The notes under the pieces are model-generated. The model did no database searches, had not been told where the DNA came from, and worked only from the letters and a program-made list of their open reading frames with translations. Shown here in pieces: positions 1-12,597 of a stretch of 64,000 bases of DNA; position 1 is the stretch's first letter; each line of letters begins with the position of its first letter. The stretch lies in the NCBI GenBank assembly GCA_000004985.1, contig GG738893.1; one strand, 5' to 3'. Origin of the DNA: Naegleria gruberi (Eukaryota). Position numbers and translations under genes: made by a program.

Positions 1-585
1 CGTTATCACGAATGGTCATGAGGAAGGAGGTTCCAGAGCATGTAGTTCCTTGGTACCAGTAGGTTGCTCTCAAGGCACTTTCGGCTCTGTATACGAAACA
101 AGCAAGGAGAAGAGTGGCAATGAGGAAAATGATTGATTTCATGTTGTGTTGTGTGATTGTTTTTTTCAGGTTGAAAGCAATCAAGTAATTTCGCAGCAAT
201 TTATCAACAAGTGACTTTCGAATAACAATTTTCAAGGAGTAACGATGGGTAGATTTGTGCCTCTTTCTAAAAAAGTTTAATAGTGCGTGCAATATGTGAG
301 CTCGTTACTCCTTGAATTTGGTGCGCTGACTTAGGAATGCAAGACGCATTTCTGCAGTTTCAAGAGAAGGGTACCTTTCGAATAGAATCCCTCCATATAA
401 TTGATCAAATTGATTGAATACAATGAACATCTTCCTAAATCCCGAACATGTTTGATGAATCATCAAGGATTTTGAATATTACAGAATTTTGGCTAAATTC
501 CAACTACAGTTTTTCACATATTTTGCTTTAAACTAAACTTACAAAACTTATCACGTTTGAAACAACTCAGTTTCCAATAAAAAAA

Positions 586-1671
586 ATGGGTCAACTCCTT
601 GTTTCTTCATCGATAGCTCCTTCTCCTCAATTCTTCACTTCCACTTCCGATCAAAAAATATTTCCAAATGATGTTTGCTTGGAAATTTTAAAATTTTTAG
701 AAAATGGAAATTTCATTATTCGGAATTGTTCTCTAATTTCTAAACAATTTTACAATTTGATTGGAGAATATTTGAAATTTGCAATTGTATTTAAAAAGGA
801 GATTAATTTGAAGAGTTTGGCAAAGAGTCAATATTTGAATCGAATTGTATCTTTGAAAACAGTCAATTCCTTTGATGGATCGATAATTGATAATGTGGAA
901 TTATGTGAAATTTTGCAAGGAATGAAAGATTTGAAAGAAGTTTGGATTTATAAACAATTGAAGGGAGTTAAAGGAATTAAAAAGATTGGTAGTCTGAAAC
1001 AATTGACGATATTGGATGTTAGTTATAATGATATAGGATATGGTGGTGTGAAATGGTTGACTCAATTGAGTCAATTGACTGAATTGAGAATTGGAAATAA
1101 TTCAATTTTTGATGATGATATTAAAATGATTTCTGAAATGAAACAATTGACTAAACTTGATCTTTCTAATTGTAGAATCATGGATGGAGTTCAATATTTG
1201 AGTAAATTGGAAAATTTGACATCTTTGAGACTTTGTGGAAATCGATTAACCGATGAGAGAGTTGAATCGATTAGTAATTTGAAACAACTAACTGAACTTT
1301 ATATTGGAGAAAATCAGTTAGGAACAGAAGGAGCTAAATCCATTGGAAATATGACTCAATTGACACGTCTCAATATCCAACAGAATAGAATATCCCAAGG
1401 TGTTAAATATTTAGAAAAATTGGATCGATTGACTGATCTCAATATTAGTAAGAACAAAATTGGTGATACTGGTGTAATAATAATTAGTGAAATGAACCAA
1501 TTGACTAAACTAACAATTAGGGATAATAAGATATCAGAAGAAGGTGCCAAAACTCTAGGCCTGCTACAAAAATTGACCTACCTCGATATTAGTGATAATT
1601 CAGTCAGCAACGTAACGGCCAACTCCATGCAAAAGAACATGAAAAGCCTTAAATACAAAATTCTGTTCTAA
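586..1671 (+). CDS. F-box-like N-terminus plus leucine-rich repeat protein with ribonuclease-inhibitor-type (RI-type) LRRs
   Basis: The 361-aa ORF starts with ATG. The N-terminus (CLEILKFL...ISKQFYNLI) is F-box-like. At least ten 24-28 aa repeats follow the pattern LKQLTxLxIxxNxIGxxGxKxL. It is paralogous to the ORF at 52324..53820. Confidence 0.6.
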   Translation: MGQLLVSSSIAPSPQFFTSTSDQKIFPNDVCLEILKFLENGNFIIRNCSLISKQFYNLIGEYLKFAIVFKKEINLKSLAKSQYLNRIVSLKTVNSFDGSIIDNVELCEILQGMKDLKEVWIYKQLKGVKGIKKIGSLKQLTILDVSYNDIGYGGVKWLTQLSQLTELRIGNNSIFDDDIKMISEMKQLTKLDLSNCRIMDGVQYLSKLENLTSLRLCGNRLTDERVESISNLKQLTELYIGENQLGTEGAKSIGNMTQLTRLNIQQNRISQGVKYLEKLDRLTDLNISKNKIGDTGVIIISEMNQLTKLTIRDNKISEEGAKTLGLLQKLTYLDISDNSVSNVTANSMQKNMKSLKYKILF

Positions 1672-2201
1672 CATTATTTCAGTTGTTTTTGTTGAAATAT
1701 TAAAATGTTAAAAAGACTACAGCACCACAGGTTCCCAAGTTGTCTCCAACCTCAGTACTGATGTGGCTCGACGATGCTTAACTTCTCAAATCGGACGGGA
1801 TGAGGTGCATTCATCGTGATATGGCCGTAGCCATTCATTAACTAAGGTTTTTCAAAATGTTCAAAAAATTGCGAGTTAATTCATTGCAAAAATGTTTGAC
1901 GGCCATGAAGGAATGAAAAATAGGGATGGCTCGCCAACTTTTATCTTTCCATCATAATGAAAAATAAATTCCAATTTCATGATAATCCACCAATAAAAAT
2001 TACTATTATTACTATAAAGATGATGTTGAGATGATGATGCGAAAGTTTGGTGCTTTCATGATGTGAAACCACTCGGAAAATCAGCAATGGTCACAAAGTA
2101 TCATTTGTTGAATATTTTTTCAATATTGTGTTTAATAAATTAATTTATTATTATTAAAAATTACAAATGTTGCCTAACACAACAACATTCATCACACCAT
2201 C

Positions 2202-3125
2202 ATGACAATAACCATTTTCAACAAGCCAATCAACACAAATTCACTCATCAAGAATCTGATCTTCCTCCTCATCCGAGCACTTTTCAATGGCCTTCAATGG
2301 GTAGGCTGGAGTTTGGCCGTTCTAATTTCTCAACAAATTATTCTTTCAGTACTCACAGGATGGCAAGAGCTACGAAATATTATAGTGCCCATTGCAATTG
2401 CCATCAATGAAATTGTATGCTCACAATGTTTTGGTAGAATTTTGTGTAGGCTTGAAATTAAATTTAATTTAATATTTAATATTAGTGATGATGATGAAGA
2501 GGAAAGGAACATGAATCGGAATACTAATAATAATAATGATAATAATAATAATAATATTAATGAAAGTGGTAATACTAGTAATAATCAAACAAATAGGAAT
2601 GAAAATGTGGAAGGAAATACATCAAAGGCTATCACTGCTGTCCATAAGAGCATGATTGGATGTGTGGCTTCGGGAATTGTTTTTGATTTTGTGGATAGAG
2701 CTATAGGAAATATCTATTCAGAATCGGGAATGTATGAAATTACCCTACTGATGAGATGTATTTGTGTGTTTGTGGCTGATAGATTTGTGTTTCATATTGT
2801 AATGGAGATTTTGGATAGGATTGAAGAACAACAATGGACCTTTTCTAATGAAATTTCGAATATTGAGGGTGCCTCATGTGCAGGAATGTCAGCAATTGCT
2901 TATAATTTAGCAACAGAGTTGGGAATTTACATTTGCAAAGAGCACATTGGTACTGATAATGATTGGTTTATTGGATTGTTTTGCATTCCATTTATTGCAG
3001 TTGCTACAGGAATAGGTCTAATAATTGGCGTATTGGAGGGAAAACTCTGGCAGATTTTGGATAGTGCTATGTATTCAAAAGTCCGTAACATAATGACGAG
3101 CAAGAGACATAACATTACTAATTAA
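2202..3125 (+). CDS. hypothetical protein with hydrophobic segments and an Asn/Asp-rich insert
   Basis: The 307-aa ORF starts with ATG. A poly-N/D low-complexity tract lies between predicted hydrophobic helices. I recognised no conserved domain. Confidence 0.35.
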   Translation: MTITIFNKPINTNSLIKNLIFLLIRALFNGLQWVGWSLAVLISQQIILSVLTGWQELRNIIVPIAIAINEIVCSQCFGRILCRLEIKFNLIFNISDDDEEERNMNRNTNNNNDNNNNNINESGNTSNNQTNRNENVEGNTSKAITAVHKSMIGCVASGIVFDFVDRAIGNIYSESGMYEITLLMRCICVFVADRFVFHIVMEILDRIEEQQWTFSNEISNIEGASCAGMSAIAYNLATELGIYICKEHIGTDNDWFIGLFCIPFIAVATGIGLIIGVLEGKLWQILDSAMYSKVRNIMTSKRHNITN

Positions 3126-3348
3126 TTTCTCCACTACAAATTATCAAAGCAAATAAAGCAATTCAATTTTGGAAGTCCCAACAATTCTTAAACGTAAATT
3201 GATAGCTTTACTGGTAGGCGGGGAGATACCACAACCTCTCAAATAACATCAAACACGAGATATTTACAAATGTGCATCACGTAACTGACACAGTTTGTAA
3301 TCATGCGAGCAATTACCTCAAATCTTGTCAATCCAAACATTTAAAAAA

Positions 3349-6300
3349 ATGAATATGAGCGAAGTAGGTGGCTCTGTAATAGCAGAGTCTGCTATTGAGT
3401 CTCAAATTAATAGAAATTCAGTTGTCAAGCAGGCCAACAACAAATTTACCTCAATGGTGCTATCTCTTCAGGTCAATACACCAAGAATTGGATGGAAATG
3501 GTACTTGATTTCATTGGCATGTATGATTATACAGTTGTGGAGCACCATTTTGCTTCCAACCTTGAATCAAACTTGGGGTTCGACTTCTAAACTGATTTTT
3601 GACATTCTGAATGTGCCTAATACATTCTTTGTACATTATTTAACTCATGACCAAGCAATAATAATTGCATACATTTGCGTTGGTTTTGTATTCCTTTGCA
3701 TAGCCATTGCATGTGCTTGTATTTGGTCCATCACAAATGCCACTAAGCACATCACCAAATTCAAATATCTATTATTTGTATTCGCCTCAATAGCTCAAAC
3801 GTTTTCCATATTTCTCCTTTTCAATTTTGTTGGTTTCTATGATTGCAGTATTACCAATATCAATGAAGATACATTAGAGAGGACGCTTTCTAGATTTCCC
3901 TCCAATTCATGTTTTAGTGATACAATTATTATTGCACTTTGCATAGCTGGTTCATGTGCTTTATTTGTATTGGTAATTCTCTCTCGATTGATTTCTCATG
4001 ATTTGCATCCTTTGAGCAATACTCCATTTGTTTCAATGACTCCAAAATTGATGGTCATGATGGATTTCGTTAATTTGTTTACAATGATTTTGTTATTTGT
4101 CATACCTCAACCTTATCTTTTCGTGACAAATGCCATTAATATGATCGCTTCATTAGCCATGATGATTGTTCATGGTAAATCTTGTCATTTTTTCAAACGA
4201 ATGGACAATTCATTATTTATGGGAGTATTGGCAGCAAGATTTGGAACTAGTTTGGGAAGTTTTGTAAATTCCTTAATTACCACACCCCTAATCAATATGC
4301 CAAATTCTGAGTCTTTCTCCCTTTATATTGGTTTTTCTACTACTATTGGTTTGGCTCTGATGTTTGCACTTATTGGATTTGTTGCTATTGAAATTTATAC
4401 AAGAATTGTTGTTAAATTAATTAGAGACATGACATTGACTGATTTCCTAGGTTTAATTCATTCTAATCAACCTCTAAATATTCACAAATCAAAGAAAGCA
4501 ATTATGAACTATATGGAAACCAAAGCGCAAATCTACATTCAAACATTCAAGTTGAAAAATACTCTACATCAATTGACAATGTTTTTCAGATTTGCCAACA
4601 AGTCAACTTATGAAATTTATAGTGGAGTTCAAGGTGATGATGGGTTGGATATTTATTTGAGTGATAAAGATCTCTCTCTAATTTATTTGAAAACTCTGTA
4701 CAATAGAAAATCAAGAGAAATTGACTTGTTGTACAATTTATCAACTCTAATGGCTTACGACCATTTTGGAGACGACGAATGTCATACACCGAAAGCTTTG
4801 CAAGTAATGAACAGAGTGTGCAAAAAATCAAGTTTTTGGAATCACTTGGATTATCATTATAGAGCTAAGGAAATTCAACAGTATGCAACTGACACTGGTA
4901 CAGCAGATGCAAGTCAAGAGAATGATGCAAAAATGTTACTACTCAAGGAGAATCAAGATAAGTTGTTATGCTTACACAGAGACTTCTGGAAAGAAATGAT
5001 CAATGAACCAGTCAAGCTGTCAAGTGTTCAGAAAATTTGTGAAAAGATATCCGATATTTCAGAAGAATGCGAAGAAACATTTATGGAAGCACTTTCAGAT
5101 CGTAAAAACAAAGCCTATCTAAGAATGTATGCAACCTATGTTGAATTATTCCATTTTGATAAGGATCTAGCTCAAGCAATTCACATGGAAGCTAATCAAC
5201 TCGACCAAGAAATGAAAGTTACTCAAAGCATTAACAAAATCAAAAAGAAGCAAGTAGTACCTAGTGCTTCTAGATCTTCTTTAAAATCCCTGTTCAGATC
5301 AAGAACCAGAATTAGAGAATCAATGACTGACCAAATGAGCGACGCAGGATCAGACGTTTCAAATCAAATTCCAAATGGGTTTACTGAACATTTTGACCAA
5401 TTTGATGATAGTGCAAGTGTTGCAGGTGATAATAATGCTCCTGAAGCTGCGGAACAAAAGAAGGATTACTTATTTAGAAATGCTTTGAAAGCTAGACGTC
5501 CAGAAGGTGTCAAGTATTTATTGTATTTCTTATTTTTGTTTTGTTGCGTTGCCATTATGACAGGTGGTTTGGTCATGTCAATAATCAATAGTTCCAAAAT
5601 TAAGCAAAATATCATTAATTTGAAAGATGTCTGTATTCCACAAACAGCTCCTCTTTCAATTATTAGAAATGTAAGAAATATGCAAAATTGGATTTATGTA
5701 TTCTTTGTGAAAAAGTATGGATGGCCTTCGAGCTTTGGAACCACAGCCACTGTTTCAAAAACCGTAAGTATCTCTTAAAGAATTCTGAATATTAAATGAA
5801 ATAGGAGTTCATGTCATACTTTAAGGAAAGGCTAGATAAAGACAAAGATGGTCTGTTAAGTTTGCTTGTATTGGGACAGGATATTCAATTTGATTTTGAA
5901 ACTTATACTCAATATGGTAAATCAATGTACCAAACCTACATTCCTAGCTCTTCTACGACTGGTACAAACTTAACATTTAATACCAAAGTATATATAGGAG
6001 AACCAGAATTGAGAAATGTCTCAGTTGTTGAAATTACCAACTCTATCATCAAATATCTCGATCTTATCAAAGACGATGATTTTCCACAAGCAGAATTAGA
6101 AAAGTTGCAAGAAATGGACCTAAACTCTGCTGCTGCCCAACAAGTTATTGATTCTATTCTTTCAAAACCGTTCATGTTTCCAATTTCCAATTACAATTTC
6201 ATGTATTTATGGTTGAACAAGTTTGGAATTACACACATCTATGAAGATTTTTGTAATGCCTACGTTGAAAGAAGCAAGAAATCTACTGTTACATTGATGG

Positions 6301-8715
6301 CTGGTTCAGAATACTATTTTTATGCAACTATTGGTTTGATGATCGTAATTGGATTGCTTCTTATCGCTTATATTCAATACGATTTATTATTCTTTAAAAG
6401 ATTAGTCAAATTAATTGAAAAGGAGCTGAACAAGGATGGTATTGGAAAAATTTATCAACAATTGAATAAGAAAACTTCTATGGAAGCTTCCTTAGATTCT
6501 AATATTGTTAGCAAATCACTTCATGCAAATGCTAGTTTAGTAATTGCAATTGCATTGCTTGCTGTGTTTATTCCATTATGTATTGGAATGTTATACTTGG
6601 AAACATACAAGAACGCAAAGAGTGCTCTATTTACTTTCACCAATGTTGGATTATCTTCAAATGTAATTGAACATTTACAGTTTGCTTCATTTTATTTGGG
6701 AGAAATTCTTACACTTTTTGGTGTAGCTCACTTATCCAATAACGATGCCAGATTGTTCAATAGCAAATTGTCAAGTGGAAATTTTGAACAAATTTACAAA
6801 TCATTGAGATATGAAACTGATTTTACTGCAGCAAATTAGTAAGTAGTTTTGGAATTTTAACAATTTACTAGAATCAATGTTCAGCCAAGAATTGATATAC
6901 GGAGATGTTACTAAACCTGATGATGATCCAGTAATTGGTTTGTATCCATCTTTGGATAAGCTACTCAAACAAGGAGTTGATAATTGTACTCTTTATTTAG
7001 AACAGCATAATTTAACTCTCACACTCAAAACGAAAATTCAGTACTGTACAGGAATTGATAAAGTAATGACTGATTTCCTAACTACCATTACACAGACCAG
7101 TGAGAATACTCGAGATTTCTATACAAAACAAAATGCTGTATTTGCTGCTAATGGAACAATTTTAGATCCAACTGAAATATTTATGGAACATTACAAGTTA
7201 AATGTAATGTCTCATCCTCTGAATGACAAACTATTGATATTCATGAATGAATTTGTTAGAGTCTCTTCAGAACTATCACTAATATTACTTTTAATATTTA
7301 CTTGTTTAGGATTTTTACTCACAGCAGTCATTGGAAGACTCATATTGGCAATGATCAAGAACAAATCAAATCAACTCTACCACACCAGAATGCTAATGAA
7401 CTATATTCCAGTAGAAATGTTAGATAGAAATGAAAAACTCAAAAATGTTGCATTATTTAACTCTTTCCCTAATGCACTAGTTGAAAAGTTGAATAGAAAA
7501 GGAAAAGAGGGTTCATCTGAAAGTGGATTTAATGGCGTTGCGAATATTATCAATTCTTCAGTTGATGGATCTGCTTTGTTAAATGAAAGTGGAGATATTG
7601 AGATTTTCAACCCAGCAGCACATCGAATGTTTAATTCAACTTCAGTCGATGTATTGGGTACAAAGCTTTGTTCTTTATTTGAGGAATCGATTCAGGAAAC
7701 TATTAGAAAGACATTTGAATCCATAATAGAGCAATCTAAGAAATCTTATAATTCTGGAGGAAATGGACTCGCTCAGGAAACATTAGAAGCTGAATGTATG
7801 AGAAGAAATCAAACTAAATTCCCTGCCAAGATTAGTCTATTCACTACTCATCTTTCAGATCGTGGAACTATTGTTGTTTGTACCATTAAGGATGTGACCT
7901 CAGAGAAGAAACAACAAGCTCTCCTTGCGGACGAAAAGAAACACTCTGATAATCTACTCAAAAACATTCTTCCAGAAAATGTCGCTTCAAGACTAAAGAA
8001 GGGAGAAACATTCATTGCTGAAAAACTTTCTGATATTACATGTTTCTTCTCAGATATGGTTGGTTTCACAAAAATCAGCTCAACCATGCAAGCTACTGAA
8101 TTGGTGAAAATGTTAAATGCAGTAGTTAATGGATTTGACAATTTGACAGAGCTTTATGACCTGGAAAAGATTAAAACCATTGGAGATGCTTACTTTTGTG
8201 TAGGTGGTCTTCATGGTTCTTCAGATCACCCAGAAAGAATGTTAAAATTTGCCATGTCAACCTTCCAAGTCATTAACGATTTTAATTCTGGAAAATTTGG
8301 AGTCATTCTAGAAAATGATAATCAACTCGATATCAGAATTGGTATCAACACAGGTTCTGCTCTTGCAGGTGTGATTGGAACCAAGAAATTTGCCTACGAT
8401 TTGTGGGGTGATACCATCAATACTGCCTCAAGAATGGAATCAACTGGTCAACCAGGAAGAGTTCAAATAAGCAGATCAACCTACGAAAGAGTTTATGATA
8501 TGGGATTGGAATTTGAGGAGAAACGAGTGGAAGTAAAAGGAAAGGGAATTATGCAAAGTTATTTATTGAGTGCACGTCATCACATAAGCACCAAGGTTGA
8601 CTTGATTATTCCAATCGAACAGAAAACACTCCAAGATTATGAAATTGACAATGAACCTTTAGAACAATTAAAACTAGATAATAACACATCGTCAAGTCAA
8701 AACTCAATGGAATAA
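3349..8715 (+). CDS. multi-pass membrane class III nucleotidyl cyclase (adenylyl/guanylyl cyclase family), 3 exons: 3349..5763, 5805..6838, 6885..8715
   Basis: Three consecutive long ORFs (3325..5778, 5811..6839, 6877..8715) are joined in frame by two introns: 5764..5804 (GTAAGT...ATAG, 41 bp) and 6839..6884 (GTAAGT...TCAG, 46 bp). The first ATG is at 3349; the track start at 3325 is TTG. Exon 1 has more than 10 hydrophobic helices. Exons 2 and 3 add more. The C-terminus is a class III cyclase homology domain (FFSDMVGFTKISS...KIKTIGDAYFCVGG...AYDLWGDTINTASRMESTG). Confidence 0.75.
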
Positions 8716-9159
8716 CTTGTTCTAAAGAATAAAATCAATAACATTTTTACAACACAATTTTGCATTTCTGCTTTGATCTGAAAAATCCAACCCAAATTTG
8801 TCCAAATGATTGCCTTGCTTAATTACGCGCCATTATTTCACCACAAAAAATACCTCAACTGCTCAGAGTTTCATTTCTCGCTCTTCATCACGTTTTTCAT
8901 ATCGGAGGATTTTTATTGTTGTTACTCTATTGTTGAAGGCACATCATCACGATGAAGAAGTATATTTCTGTATTATTATATTGTTATTGTTGGCTTGTTT
9001 GCAAATTGTTGATGCGCTTTCTATTCAAGTGAAAAACAACAAGGAAGATCCACTAATTCATGATGATGAATTTATTAGACAGTTAATCAGGCACAAAAGT
9101 ATTGGACTGCTGGAAGAAATGGCAAATTTAATGGAAAGAAGAAGTCGGATCTTGTCAGA

Positions 9160-10007
9160 ATGTTGGGAAAGTACAATGTCAAGATGATGACTTCATCACA
9201 AAATATTGTTGAACAACCGACAAGACCAGCAATATCATCATTGGATATTCCAACAAATTATACACTCACAACTGATCCAAAATATATGAATTGTACTCAA
9301 CTTCACAAGATTAGAGATCAAAGCCAATGTGCAGCTTGCTATGCGTTTGGAGTTGCTGAAATGGTTGCTGACAGATATTGCATTTCATCTCAAGGGAAGG
9401 TCAATACCATTCTTTCACCACAATTTATTTTGAGTTGTGATGAATATGAAGGAAATTGCTATGGTGGAGATATTGGAAATACTCTTCTCTATGTTAAAAA
9501 TTATGGAATTGTTACTGATAGTTGTCTTCCATTCCTTGCTAGAAATGGCTCCAATCTCAGTTGTCCGAACAAGTGTCTCGATGGATCTAATTGGAAATTG
9601 AGATACAAGGTAAAGAATCCAAATCAAATTGCTCAAGATGATATTCAAGGAATGCAACAAAGCATTTTACAAGGTGGATCAATCATTGCTGCCTTTCAAG
9701 TTTATGAAGATTTTGCTCACTACAAGGGAGGAATATATGTTCATACAGGTGGTGCTTACATTGGTGGACATGTTGTAAAGATTGTTGGATTTGGTGAAAC
9801 TCCAAGTGGAATTCCATATTGGGTTGTTGCCAATAGGTAAGTTTATTTGTTGCTTAATATAATAATATAATATTTATTGTACCCTTTCCTGTTAATCTTG
9901 CTAGTTGGGGAGTTGACTGGGGATTATCTGGTTACTTTTATATAATTAGAGGAAAGAATGAGTGTGGATTTGAAAGTTATATTTGGCAAGCTACTCCATC
10001 TCTTTAA
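9160..10007 (+). CDS. cathepsin B-like papain-family (C1) cysteine protease, mature region, 2 exons: 9160..9836, 9905..10007; 5' signal/propeptide exon(s) unresolved
   Basis: The active-site Cys motif QCAACYAFG is present, as is the His motif GGHVVKIVGFG. After intron 9837..9904 (GTAAGT...CTAG) the C-terminus reads [27 protein letters not shown], which is typical of cathepsin B. The upstream ORF 8810..9187 is in a different frame and probably encodes the pro-region. The ATG at 8952 gives a signal-like peptide that then hits a stop. Confidence 0.6.
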
Positions 10008-10394
10008 TTCATTTCAACTTGCTAATAAACTTTGAGAAATATTAAGGCCACCTAACCATGTAGCATTTTATGATCAATGCAATTCAATAGAGATAATTAT
10101 CATCATTGTAAACGAAAGTCAACTGTCAATATGTCAATTATTGACACTTCTCAAAGCTCATAGCCCAAACCACATTAATACTAAACGAAGATACCAACAG
10201 TGTTACAATGATTTCAATAATCCATTACAAAATCCAAAAAGCATATGACCATTATAATCAACCTCATCCAAAAATAATTTACCAAATATTTTCATCGCGC
10301 AACAACGAAGATTCAAACCAAAGCACAAAAAGCTTCTTCGCATAAAACGGCGCGAACTCTTCCAAGCCTAAAAAATCATCCTTAAAAAAAAAAG

Positions 10395-11365
10395 ATGAAA
10401 CTCTTCCTCGCTGTTTTTTGCTTGTTGAGCGTTGTCGCTTCTGCCTATTGTTCCTTGATTGCCAGTGGTGCTAGTTTGCGTTCAACCACTGCTTTGAATA
10501 TCAGATCAGGCCCATGTACATCAAATGGTATTGTTACTAGTGTTGGTGCTGGTACTACTTTGAAGTTTACTGGTAGCGTCCAATCTGGATGTGGTTATAC
10601 ATGGTATGGTGTTGAAGTTAATGGTAAAAGAGGACATGCTGCTTCTAATTTCTTGACTGAAGTTAATAATGGAGGTGGTGGTGGTTCTAACACTGGTGCT
10701 TCTATCAGTGTTGATGCCTTGAGAAGAATTATGCCAAACTTGTCATCATCAAAGGCTAACCAATATATTGGATATTTGAACAGTGCTTTGGCTGCTGGTA
10801 ATATTAATACTTGTTGCAGAAAGAGTGCTTTCCTTGCTCAACTTGCTCACGAATCTGGTGATTTGAATTGGTTTGTTGAATTTGCTTCAGGTGCTGCTTA
10901 TGAAGGTAGAAAGGATTTGGGTAACATTTATCCTGGTGATGGTGTTAGAGTAAGTTATCTTTGACATTTTGACTTTTGACACTTTTTGACATTTTCAATT
11001 ATTATTAATTTATTAATTATATTATAGTACAAGGGTAGAGGTCCAATTCAAATTACTGGTCGTGCTAATTATCGTGCTGCTGGTCAAGCCCTCGGAATTG
11101 ATTTGGAAAATAATCCAACCAGAGCTGCTGATCCAGATGTTGGATTCCGTACTGGTAAGTAGTTAGTTGAAAACTGTTAATAATGTTTATACTAATCAAC
11201 ACAATAGCTGTTTGGTTCTGGAACTCAAGAAGTTTGAATCAATATGCTGATCAATGTAACCAATCTGGTTTTGATATCACTACCAGAAGAATTAACGGTG
11301 GTTACAATGGTAAGGCTGACAGAGATGCTCACTGGACCAGAGGTAAGAGCGTTTTGGGATGTTAA
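10395..11365 (+). CDS. secreted glycoside hydrolase family 19 (chitinase/lysozyme-like) with an N-terminal SH3b-like domain, 3 exons: 10395..10949, 11028..11154, 11208..11365
   Basis: The protein starts with a signal peptide MKLFLAVFCLLSVVASA. An SH3b-like stretch follows (ALNIRSGPCTSNGIVTSVGAGTTLKF...YTWYGVEVNGKRGHAASNFL), then a Gly linker. The GH19 catalytic motifs are [24 protein letters not shown] | [15 protein letters not shown] and INGGYNG. The introns are 10950..11027 and 11155..11207 (GTAAGT...YAG), with phases checked. Confidence 0.7.
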
Positions 11366-11503
11366 TAAATATCAAAGATTTATTCCAAATTATCTTTCTA
11401 TTTTTGAGTTTTACAAAAGTTTACAATGGCGTTAGTGAAATGGAGGTCGGCGACCTCGTCGTAATTGAATGATCCAAGCAATTAACGATTTGAAACTCGG
11501 TTG

Positions 11504-12399
11504 TTACTGGATATTTTTCTTGGGCATTACAAAATCATAAGAAAAGAACAGATTATAATTTGATTTGGGAGCAAAATAATATCCACTCACATTCTTAAAC
11601 GACATGACAGTGTAGGTTCTATGATCTCTATCTCGAAATTCATTCAATGAATAGCCACTTCCACCAAATAAAAATACATTCTTATTTAATCCTAAATAAA
11701 CATCATTCTCAGCATGGGAAATAATTTCATATTCTGATATTCGGTCATAATCTGCAGGTGATTCATACTCTTGAGTTTCTAATTCGGTATGGGAATAGGT
11801 AAATGCATTAAATTTCTGCCTCAGAAATGCTCTCTTCTTTGTAAGACAATAATTTTTCAATTCATAATCGTATGTAAAATCTTCATTCAATGGAGAAATC
11901 GATTTTGTAATCCTCTTCCAAATATTTTTCAAGTTATTGTACCAATTTGAGCAAACTGTATCAGGTCTCTGTATTAGAATATCAATAGGAGGCAAGAATT
12001 CAAATATTTCTTCCACAATTTCTGATGGCAGTAATGTAAACTGATATCCACTGACCAATGATGACAATTTAAGGGAAAATTCATCTGTGGAATCAATTGA
12101 GGTTTCAAATTTATATTTTACAATTTCTTTCAGCAATGAATTAAAAAGAAACCATACGAAATATTATCCTTTTTAAATACATTATATTGTTCCGAACAAT
12201 AATTTGCCAAATTCGTAATACATTCCGTTTGGTCGAAAGATAATTCTAGATGCTCATTTAATTTACATTTCTTTGAAATTGACTCAGAATCTTCTTGGCT
12301 TGATTCCGAATTTTCTTGTTCTTCTGCTTCTTCATCCTCTTCTTCGCTCTGCGGGGAACGATTGAGTAGTTGATCAGCCACAGTTCGATCTCTTTTCAT
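11504..12399 (-). CDS. F-box-like protein; two ORFs (12130..12399 and 11504..12136) that need a frameshift or unrecognised splice to join
   Basis: The N-terminal ORF is acidic. The second ORF contains an F-box-like LLPSEIVEEIFEFLPPIDILI...VCSNWYNNL. The frames overlap by 7 nt and I found no GT..AG intron of plausible size there. Confidence 0.4.
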
Positions 12400-12597
12400 T
12401 TTTTTTTTAAATTTTAAATTACTTTTCCCGCCAAAATTGGATTTAAAACTTTAAAAAAATTAACAAATTTGCCTTAACGAATTTCTCAAACCAAATTTTA
12501 ACGATTTTTTCTCGTTCTTATTCTTCAGCATCAACTGAATACAAACGCTGCCTCGAGACGACAACAACAAGCCTCCGATAAAAGGAGTGTTCTCTCG
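12400..12597. promoter_or_regulatory. divergent intergenic promoter region between head-to-head genes (11504..12399 on - and 12598..13386 on +)
   Basis: This 198-bp AT-rich spacer has homopolymer T/A runs and lies between two ATG starts on opposite strands. The assignment is positional only. Confidence 0.3.

Noticed and set aside
1356-1550. Short antisense ORFs inside longer genes. Examples are 1356..1550, 2330..2512, 4586..4831, 5936..6190, 7401..7610, 7848..8141, 52862..53358 and 61609..62117.
   Set aside because: They are fully nested opposite longer, domain-bearing ORFs. They are hydrophobic or low-complexity and typical of AT-rich antisense noise.
1700-2200. Possible tRNA or other ncRNA in the longer, less AT-rich spacers (1700-2200, 3130-3320, 18000-18300, 19000-19890).
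   Set aside because: I could not find a cloverleaf with a conserved T-loop (GTTCRA) or an acceptor stem by eye. No rRNA-like conservation was seen either.
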